Source of the DNA: Eledone cirrhosa | Taxonomy: Eukaryota | NCBI GenBank assembly: GCA_964016885.1 | Contig: OZ024742.1 | Coordinates: 254,200,001 to 254,264,000 of the forward strand | Direction: 5' to 3' | DNA: 64,000 bases | Part shown: piece after piece, positions 54,419-64,000 of the stretch | Numbering within the stretch: position 1 is the stretch's first letter | Layout: each line of letters opens with the position of its first letter | Translations under genes and position numbers: made by a program | The notes under the pieces: model-generated | The model's database searches: none | Told to the model about the DNA's origin: nothing | Seen by the model: only the letters and a program-made list of their open reading frames with translations

Positions 54419-55424
54419 TTTTTTTTTTTGTGTTGCACCATAGAACATGTGTGTTTACGTATGTCATTGTGTTTATATGTGTGTGCTGATGTAGGTATGT
54501 ATGTTGACGTGTGTATGTTGTGGGTTCGTCTTAGGGAGAAGCGTTTAGACGGGGTCCGTATTTGTTAATAAAGTAAGATTCCTTGCTGATGCGCTGGGTG
54601 TGGGTGGCATTATCTTTAAATTGGTAGAGGGGAAAGATTCTGAAGTTGGTATGATTTTGGGCGGCACGAGTATCAATGTGTTCACTCAGTGGTATTTTCC
54701 TGTATTCCCGTATTTTAATTTGGGATCTATGGACAGTCATGCGTTGGCGGAGGCTGTTTTTGGTCTGGCCTATGTAATGTTCTCGACAACCTGAGCAAGT
54801 TAATACATATATTAGATTTTCCGATGCACATGTGAAATTGTGTTTTACTATAAAACGTTGTCCTTCTTTGAAATAGAATTCCGAACCCTCTATTAGGTTG
54901 ATACAAATGCCACAGTTGGGTCTATCGCATTTTTTTTACTGTGGGTTTCGTTGTTGTGGTTGGCAGTACTTTGGCATGTGTTAGGATGTTTTTCATTGAC
55001 TTAGATTGTCTTTTGCTCTTTATGATATCGTGTGTTCGTAGGATTTGGTTCATTCTATGGTCCTTTTTCAACACAGGGATGTTCTGGAGGATGGTGTCAA
55101 AGGCCTCATTGTTGGGGGGTTGTGTGTGGAGATGTATGGAAGAGCTTTTAGTTTCGGTTGATTTACTTTAGAGTGTCTAAGGTCCTGGGTACTGAGTTTT
55201 AGGGCACGTTGGATTCCATTGTCAATTAGTGATGCAGGGTAGTCCCTGCCTATGAGTGTGTCCTTTAGTTCTTGTAGCCGTAAGTAGCAGGTGTTTTTAT
55301 TGGAGACTATCGTACAGATTCTATTGGCTAAGTTGTAGGGAATATTAATTTTAACGTGTCTAGGGTGGCAAGAGTTGAAAGGAAGATATTGCTTGGAGTC
55401 TGTGGGCTTGTAGTATATGTCTGT

Positions 55425-55430
<6 letters not shown>
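53505..55430 (-). mobile_element. 5'-truncated Penelope-like element (RT thumb, Cys linker, GIY-YIG, 3' UTR with HHR relic), flanked by (TA)n
   Basis: NIPYNLANRICTIVS...RLQELKDTLIGRDYP..LIDNGI / KKCDRPNCGIC...FTCASENL.YVL.CSGCREHYIGQT / RMTVHRSQI...EH...RISKESYFINKYGPRLN, stop at 54531. Confidence 0.9.
53620..53657 (-). ncRNA. Minimal hammerhead-like motif with U3-A8 core (A13 mutated)
   Basis: Minus strand TTT-TTGAAAA-GCATTT ag AAATGC-GCAA-CCGG-TA-AAA; palindromic stem III ACCGGT. Confidence 0.6.
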
Positions 55431-55468
<38 letters not shown>

Positions 55469-55899
55469 CAAAGCTGGACCCTTGGAATTGATGGTAAAAT
55501 CCAGTACAGACAGGGTTTCTGCGGCACCTAAATCAATAATACTCTCTGCTTAAAACAATAAGCTTTTGGTATAATGATCGAACGAGGAATATCACGTTAT
55601 CAACAGGTATTTTGTTCTGTGCCAGTGTTGTGGATGACACAGTGTTTTGTAAAAGCACATGTGTAACTCACAGGGGAAAACCCCAGATTTTGGCAAATGA
55701 ATTCAGTATGTGTAAATCCATGCAAAAAATTGCATAAATAGCACAAATCGAATAAGCTCTCGACCGGGTAGTTTTTAAAATAAACTTATGCATTTAATCT
55801 GTCAATAGAATTATCAACAGGTTAATTGTAAGACTCGGGATATATATATATATATATATCAGAGTCAGTACCATCAACATGGGCATGATGAAAGGAAGA

Positions 55900-57262
55900 T
55901 CTGGAGAGATTAGACAACCACTTAATCACCAACCAGATAGATTTCCTTCTTACCAGAAGACGTGACAGAGTGATTGTTGTGAACACAAAGTCCCTCCCTA
56001 GTGAACAATGCACCTCCCAACATAACTTAGTAGTTAGTGACCTTATAGTCAGAGCTAGAAGAACCTTGCAACAGAAGACAACCTGGAGCAGAAGAATATG
56101 GAAGTTAAAAGACCCATCAACCAGTAACAAATTTAGAAGTACGTTGATTGACATCTTTGACAGTAAGGTACAGTAAATAGAGACATACACTATAGAGGAA
56201 CAGTGGGAATTCCTGGTAAAAGTAGACAGATGCCCTATTCCTTGTAAGGCAACTGCAGAAGTACCTAGCTAAATGTAAACCCCACTATTGACTTTTGTTG
56301 ATGTGGGAAAGCTTTTGATAGAGTCCCCCCATTCCATTATCTGGTGGGTTCCTAGAAAACTAGGAGTAGATGAGTGGCTTGTGAGAGCAGTCCAAGCCAT
56401 GTATAGAGGAACAGTCAGCAAGGTCAGAATTAACAATGACCATAGCTAAGAATTTAGTGTGCAGGCTGATGTCCATCAGGGCTCATATCTTAGCCCTCTC
56501 CTGTTTATTATCATCCTGAAGGCAATAATGGAGGAGTTTAAGATTGGCTGCCCATAGGAACTCCTATATGCAGATGACCTTATAAAATTACACCTCTCTA
56601 AAGCGATGACACAGGACTGTGATCTCTGGTGCTATGCAGTATTACAGGATACCCGCCCTCCTAAATGCAGGAGCTGAGACATTTATCAAGTATGCACCAC
56701 CTTCCCTCTCATCACCCCTCCCATACACCTTCCTTGCTGTAATCACCCCACCCCTATATCTACCTTCCCAATTCTCCAACCCACACCATAAAGTGGTCAA
56801 CCAGGAGCCACGACAAAAGGTGCCCAATCCCCACTGCAAATAGGTTGTGTAAGTCTCACATCAAAAAGCACTGAGACTCACTGTAAAGTGGTTGTGTAGG
56901 TGTCACAAAAAAAAGCACCCAGCCTACACTGAGAAGTGGTTGTGTTAGTGATACGACAAAAATTGCCCAGCCCACACTGTAAAGTGGTCATGTAGGTGTC
57001 ACGACAAAAAGCACCCAGTCCACACTGTAAAGCAGTCATGCTAAAAATTCCCTCACTACATAGTGATCATGTAGGTATCATGACAAAAACACCTGGCACA
57101 CATTGTAAACGTGGTTGACATTAGGAAGGGCATCCAACTAAAGAAACCAAGCGAAAATCAGTTCTGTGTGAACAAATCAGCCCTTTGACTTGGATCTCTC
57201 ACAACGGGACAGCACGTCCTACCCATGCTAGCACGGAAAATAAACATTAAACGATGATGATA
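55900..57262 (+). mobile_element. Internally deleted RTE LINE (APE end, RT pieces, 3' UTR array, tail)
   Basis: QIDFLLTRRRD...SQHNLVVSDL, FVDVG.AFDRVP, VHQGS.LSPLLF, ELLYADDL joined directly to the C-terminus. ~40-bp UTR repeats at 56780-57120. Confidence 0.88.
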
Positions 57263-57597
57263 TGGTAGTACTACATGAATCATGAGTTGCTGAGTGGGTT
57301 TTTTCACCAAAATTGATCATTTTAACTACACAAAAAACACTCTGTGCTCACAGGCTAAAGCAAGTGATCTAATTTCACACATTTCACCCAGTAAGCAGCA
57401 CCTGATCTACATTCTAACTGACCAAATTACTGTGAACTCCTACAATCAATGAATAGTACTCTTATGAAAGCTTGAGAGAACAAGCTGACACTCCAAGGCA
57501 CGTGGTTGTGATTCTACTCCTTCAATATATATATATATACATATCTTTATATCTATATTTTTTTAATGATATATATACATCACTCTCTCTCTCATAT

Positions 57598-57886
57598 ATC
57601 ATCATCATCATCATCATCAACGTTTAACGTCCGTCTTCCACGCTTGCATGGGTTTGGACGGGGGTTTTCCCACTTGAGGCAAGAGTGATTGTCTTGCTCG
57701 CATAGGACTGTCTGGTGGGTTTTCTACAGCTGGATGCCCTTCCTAACACCAACCACATTTACAGTGTGGGGCTGGGAGGTTTTTACCGTGTTGCCTACAC
57801 GGCCACATTACAGCGTGGACTGTGTGTTTTTTGTCGTGACACCTACACAATCTCATTTGTTTCGGCCTGGATGTTGTGGCACCAAC

Positions 57887-57888
<2 letters not shown>
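57598..57888 (-). mobile_element. RTE 3' end, same subfamily as 21110-21396
   Basis: Near-identical reverse complement; its truncated end abuts (TA)n. Confidence 0.88.
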
Positions 57889-57926
<38 letters not shown>

Positions 57927-57959
57927 TAAATCAAACTTACATATATATATACATCTACA

Positions 57960-58532
57960 TTTAGAAGGTAACCCCACTCCACCCCAACCCTCACCACTCA
58001 CACACGTGATACACCTCTCCCGTCCAAACCAAGCATACAATCACAGAAAGCTTGACACACTTCACATCAGCTCTCCTACAGTACTGCTGCCACGGCAAAA
58101 TGCAAAGAAAAACAAAAAAACTTCATCCTCCCTGTAAGGTGGTCGTGCTGATAACTCAACAAGAAAAGCATCCAGTGTACCCTTTAAAGTGTTCATGCTG
58201 GTGACACAATAAAGATGCCCAGTCCTCACTGTCAGGTGGTTATGTTGGTGATACAATTAAAAATTCTCAGTCCACTCTATAAGGTGGTTTTGCTGGTGAC
58301 ACATAACAATATACCCAGTCTACTCTGTATGTGGCCATGCTGGTCCCATGATAAAAGACACCCAGTCCATACTGTAATGTGGTTGGTGTTAGGAAGAGCA
58401 TCACTTTATAGAAACAAAGCCAGACACAGTCACCTGACCTGAATTGTCTCACAATGTGACATCCCATGGAATCTATGCAAGTATGGAAAATAGACATTAA
58501 ACAGTGATGATGATGATGGTGATGATGATGAT
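57960..58532 (+). mobile_element. Degenerate RTE 3' UTR array and tail
   Basis: ~42-bp repeats, ggttggtgttaggaagagcatc motif, (GAT)n. Confidence 0.75.
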
Positions 58533-60539
58533 AACAACAGACTTCTGCTGTATCCATATATTAAATTTCACTCACAAGACATTAGTCAATTTGAAGACTC
58601 TTGGCTTAGGGGCCACACAGTGAGATTGAACCTGAACCCATGTAGTTGCTAAGTGTACTCTTTAACACCATAACCATACCGGCACCTATATGTTAACAGC
58701 ATTGTATTTATTATCACCAAAGACATGTCATTTTAAAAATTTATGAAATGTAAAATATCCACCATTTTTATATCTATTAGGTGAGATTACAACTTCAATC
58801 TGGTGGCCTGCAGCATGCAAACATGCATGGTGTTCTGTCCATCTTCCACTTCTCCAATCTGCTGGTCCTGCAGCATGCAAATATGCTTAGTATTGCGTTT
58901 ATCTTGTCAGAGTCGAAGCTGTGCTGACTTGGCCATGTGACAGATAAGATCCCCAAGGAGTGCTAAAATGCAGAAACCATTGAAGAGGATGCCTCAAACT
59001 ATGTAATAAGGATGTTATCAAATGACACCTCAATGAAGCAGATTACCTGATTGTGGCTATGAGAGAAGATAGCAATTGACTGCAGATAATGGCAGAGCAT
59101 TATAAAGTTGCAGAATTCAATTGAATGCAAAAACAAATAAAAAAAGAGAGAAAAAGAAGTTGAACAAGCTTTGCCAATGATATTCTGAATATAAGGTGGA
59201 TCAGATGCAATGAATTAGAACATAGACTAAGCTGTTATAGACATGTGATGCATATGGATAATGATTGTTGGGTGAAGAAGTGCCAAGAGATCACAGAGGA
59301 AGGAAGCTACTATGAAAAAAAAAATGGAGGAAGGCATGGGCAGAAGTAGTGAAGGCTGATCTCAAAACACTGAATGTCACAGAGGAAATGATTAAAGAGC
59401 ACAACAAATGCAGGGAGGCTGTGTTGGACACAACTCATCAAATCCATGCAAGCATTGAAAAATGGATGTTAAATGATAATTATGATGAGGATAATGGTCT
59501 GTGGACATAGTCGTACCAGTGCCTTTGGCCTGCAGTTTCATGAATGATTGAAGCATCACTGATGGAGATTCTTCATTAATTAATTTAAGCAAAAGAAAAA
59601 GAAATTTTCTGATACCAAGTCATAATCAATTACAAGTGACTGCCGAGGGAGGATGAAGGTTCCTTTTTAGATGTAGAGATCTCACGGCATGTAATTGTTA
59701 GAATTACAATGCAGAAATTTCTTTGACTTGTGATTGTAAGACTTGTGATTGTAAGAATTACACGGAAACATTTGAATTTAGCACACACAGCAGCATGTCC
59801 AATGCATTTACACTTATTACATACAGCATTGTCAAGCTGGAAAATGGAATACCTCTCATCTCTCTCTTTCTCTCTTCCCTCCTCTCCCTCTCTCTTTCTC
59901 TCTCTCTCTTTCTCTCTCTCCTCCTCTCTCTCTCTTTCTCCTCTCTCTTGCAATGTAATCGATAAAATTACAGCACTGATATTTCTTTGCTAGATTCCCA
60001 AGGAAATTCTTGTTTTGATTTTCTTTTTAAATCATTGCCTGTTGTGTATTGTCATGTCATTACACGTAATTTTGTTCACGTTATTTTCGTTGATTTATTT
60101 CTAAGCATGAAAACTAGATATTCCCAGTGATAAAGCCGGAGTTAATGCTTTACAAAATATCATGACCTCACAAGTTTTGCCGGCATTCTAGCTCCTGTCA
60201 TGTTATTATAGATTAAAAAAACAAAAAAGTAATAATTTGCTCAATTATCTTGTCATACTTATTCTTAAACAATCACTTTTCTTTTGGTTATTCCTAAAAT
60301 TGTCTATAAACCTGGCATCTCCATTCATACTGTGTAATGCCATGGAAGAAGTAACTTCAATAAATCTTCATTCTACTACATAGTGGAAATATCCTTACAC
60401 TTACAAGTTCTACTTTGGTGTGGTTTCTAAGTGAAGTGACCTAAGCATCTTAATGGAACAAAGTGTGACAACAGCCAATTTCTTTTCAAAATAACCTCAA
60501 CCATTTTATGAACAACAGAGTGAACTACTGCCTCTCTTA

Positions 60540-61010
60540 ACAACAAAGAGGTTTTCTCTCTGAGGGAAAGACAGAAGTGCAATGTTGCATGGCTGTAAAA
60601 CATGGACAGTGAATGCAGAGAATATCTGAAAGTTGGATAGAAATGAAATATGCCTGCTTTAGTGGATGTGTAATGTTAATATGTAGGAATGACGAGGCAT
60701 GGATAAACTGAAAGAAAACCTGACATTAGAGGTATTAAATGTAGCATGCAAGAGAGAAGGTTGTGCTGGTATGGATAAGTGATGATCATTAGGTAAAGAA
60801 GTGTCAAGAGTTTCCAGTAGAAGGAAACTGCAGTAGATGAAGATCAAAAAAGACCTGAACAGAAGTAGTGAGGACTGATCTGAAAATACCGAACTTCACA
60901 GAGGAGAGGAAATGGTGAAGGAATACAATGAGTAGAAGGATGCTGCACTGGTAAGAGTTATCTGACTTATGCAAACATGGAAAACAGATATAAAATGATG
61001 ATGATGATAA
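60540..61010 (+). mobile_element. Degenerate RTE 3' fragment
   Basis: MLHGCKTWTV, ERRLCWYG and (GAT)n tail. Confidence 0.7.
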
Positions 61011-61324
61011 TATTCTAAAGAACATAAAGAAATCTTTCCTTTAGTGGAAGGATTTCAAGCATTAGAAATATAGCAAGTTATTCTAGAACATCACCAGATT
61101 TCAGTAATGTAAATCCTCATCAATTGTTGAACAGTTATCATATCATAGCTACATCAATATCAGAGTAAGAGCACTGTTTACATAACTTGGAATGATTATT
61201 TTTCATCATTGGGTCCTTACTCACAGCAACACTAAATGCATATATATAATATATAAACATACCATACATCGGTCCATATATGCCTTCAAAATGTTACATT
61301 TTGTGACCCTTTGTTCACCAAATA

Positions 61325-61508
61325 ATAATTTCTACTTTAGGCACAAGGCCAGCAATTTGAAAGGTTAAGGTAGAGTCGATTAAATTGACCCCTGTGCATT
61401 ACTGGTGCTTTATTTATCGACCCCGTAAGGCAAAGCTAACCTCGGCAGGATTTGATCTCAGAACATAGCTTGGTGTCCGATGCTCTACTGATACTGCCAA
61501 TTCACCAA
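61325..61508 (-). mobile_element. SINE family B
   Basis: Same core as 50608-50790. Confidence 0.8.
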
Positions 61509-61568
61509 ATAATAATGATAGAATTTGGTAGTGACTATCATTTTCCCACATCGCATACTTTCTAAAAG

Positions 61569-61830
61569 TTAACCCTTTCATTAATGTATTTCTAATGAAA
61601 GACGCCCGCCTATGATTTTTAAACCATTTTGAAAATAATCAAGAATTTGAAATGGTTTAGTCATATAACTAACTTTCTTATAATTAATCTGGTGCTTGGG
61701 ATATAATTTAACAACATTTCTTCCAGAAAATTACAACGGAAAGGTTATAGATCAATATAAACACTTTAAAACAATATTTTGTACCATAGAAGCAAGGTGG
61801 TTTCAGGTAGTTTGGTATCATAAGAGTTAA
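61569..61830. mobile_element. TTAA-flanked MITE
   Basis: ttaaccctttc ... ggtatcataagagttaa. Interior resembles the reverse complement of 11840-12230 and 14355-14580. Confidence 0.6.
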
Positions 61831-61918
61831 AACAAATCAAATAAATAACAAAGCTGAAACACTAGAAGAAATAATTAAATGCAATTGAATATTTCTATAA
61901 CAGGAGACTGACTAGTAA

Positions 61919-61921
<3 letters not shown>

Positions 61922-61984
<63 letters not shown>

Positions 61985-62405
61985 AAAGGAGGGACAGTGA
62001 GAGGGAGATAGATAATAAGAGACAGAGGTAAATAGGGATAGATGGATAGATAGAGAGAGAGAGAGAGAGAAAGACAGGAGGGAGTAAGAGGGGGAGATAG
62101 ATGGATAGAGATAGAGGGAGGTAGGGATAGATGGATAGAGAGTGAAAGGAAGCGAGAGAAAAAGAGAGAGAAGTGTAGGCAGAGAGAGAGAGTGAGAGAA
62201 AGAAAGGATGTAGATATATTGATAGAAAGAGAGGGAGATAGATAGAGAGAATGGAGAAGAGCTGAGAGAGAGGGATAGTGATAGAGAGAGATAGGGAGAG
62301 AAGTGTAGGCAGAGAGAGAGTGGGAGAAAGAGAGGAGGTCGATATATAGATAGAAAGAGAGGGGGATAGATAAAAAGAGGGGAGAAGAATAGAGAAAGAG
62401 ATTAG
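61922..62405. repeat. (GA)n plus ~420-bp purine-rich low-complexity tract
   Basis: Direct reading. Confidence 0.95.
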
Positions 62406-64000
62406 AAAAAATTCATGATTTTTGGATTTCAGCATGTAACTGCTTAAGGCTGGTTAATGTACTACAATGTGTACAGATGTGAAGCAGCATGTCATTTAAA
62501 TTGAATTTTCGATAATGAAGTAAGAGGAATTTTCCAGAACAATAATACCCTCCTCCAGCATGTGATGTCATTAAAGAAATTAGTAAATTTTGGACATGCA
62601 CACATTGACTGTGACTTAGATTGATAATACTCAAGGAATCTTTCCAAGATGTTAGCAGACATCTATGGGACATGTAGGATCCTACATTAGAACAATTAAC
62701 TTAATAATATCAAATACTTTACCAAAGCTACTGTTATTCATTGCATTTCATTGTCAACTCAGTTCTCATGTTTCATCCAATCTTTTGAGATTGTGAAGCA
62801 TTCACAAAACCTTCATTCCATTATCACCTTCAGCAGTTTTGTTATTTTTATGCCCACATTTTATGCTGGCATGAATTTGAAAGTTTTCATGGTCCAATTT
62901 TTCTCATTAACTTTCATATTTGGCATGGTTTCCATGGATGGATGCCTTTCCTAACATCAGCCACTTTACAAAGTCTAGAGGGTGCATATTTTGTTATGGT
63001 ACCAGCATTAGAAAGGTTGTCACATGATGGTTAAGACTGAAAGTCTTCCTAAATTCTATATTGTTTTCATTTGATTGCCAAACACTGTAACCTCTCGTCT
63101 CTCACCACATTTAACTTTATTGTTGCAGTGTTTATATTGGTAGAGGGATTCTTTTTTATTATGACATATCACCAGTTATCTCTGTCCTGTGTTATTTCCT
63201 TCATGAGGTTCAGCCTCCTGGCTTCATCATAGACTTTTCTTACATACTGCTATGAGTAGCCACTTTTGTTGCAAACTGATACTATCTGCCATTTACAACT
63301 CCTGACTGGAAGAGGTGGGATTTGAACTCAGAACCCACAGAGCTGAATCAGACTTTGCAAAACATTCAAATTGATTTTTTAATGGTTTTGCTAATCAATT
63401 ACCCCTAAACTGATATTTTATGCAACAGAGGGGCTATGTAATTTGTAACTGGTGACAGATTAAGTTGATCTATGATTCTTTTCAGTGCCTCAGAGTCTGC
63501 TTGAGTTGTATGAAGGGAGGTAGGAAGGTGTCCTAAAGTCAGAGATCTGGCTTGAATGCTTCCAACAGAGTGACTCTGCTAAAGGCACCCAATGGCCATG
63601 TGGTGGTGTTAAACTGAGTGACAGATTAACTCACAACACCTTGTAATGGTTTAGGAGAAAATATCTAAAAATATTACATTTGGAAGGGCCATGCTGCCAA
63701 TAAAAGCATATGAACCAGTTGAGTTTCACAAAAGAATCTTGCAAAACAAATACAAATACAAAATATCTAAAAATGGTTTTGTGAATTCTAATATTTATAG
63801 TATCTTTACTAGTGAACAGATCATTGGCAGAGTAAAGACTATAATTTTAAATGTGATAGTCTGTTTTGCACTTTGCATATATGGCTTGCTAATATGGTTT
63901 CATGAGGTACAGGTCATTAATAATTAAATCTACCACAAAATAACTCTATAGTTTTGTTAGCAACATTTGCGAGATGAAATTCCATTGTGTTTGAGGCAAT

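Overview
Eukaryotic, AT-rich, microsatellite-dense DNA with no host protein-coding exon that I can support; probably intronic or intergenic. The repeat complement is what I associate with cephalopod (octopus-like) genomes, but that is inference. The window is a mosaic of decayed mobile elements: RTE-clade LINEs with (GAT)n tails and a C4HC3 PHD-type finger inside the RT, tRNA-derived SINEs (one family carrying the RTE tail), Tc1/mariner and maT-like transposase relics, TA- and TTAA-flanked MITEs, L1/Tx1-like and RLE-type LINE fragments, and Penelope-like elements (PLE, RT + GIY-YIG). The main unexpected signal is RNA structure. About ten hammerhead-ribozyme (HHR) or HHR-like motifs lie next to (TA)n/(TC)n microsatellites. 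They include an intact type I HHR in a 470-bp tandem unit and several copies with a compensatory U3-A8 core (UUGANAA). Two related tandem repeats (635-bp and 496-bp units) share a gap-free core holding all HHR catalytic motifs in a permuted, pseudoknotted order, with compensatory changes in two stems. All structures were paired by eye; activity is untested. Most ORFs in the supplied track are microsatellite or antisense artefacts.
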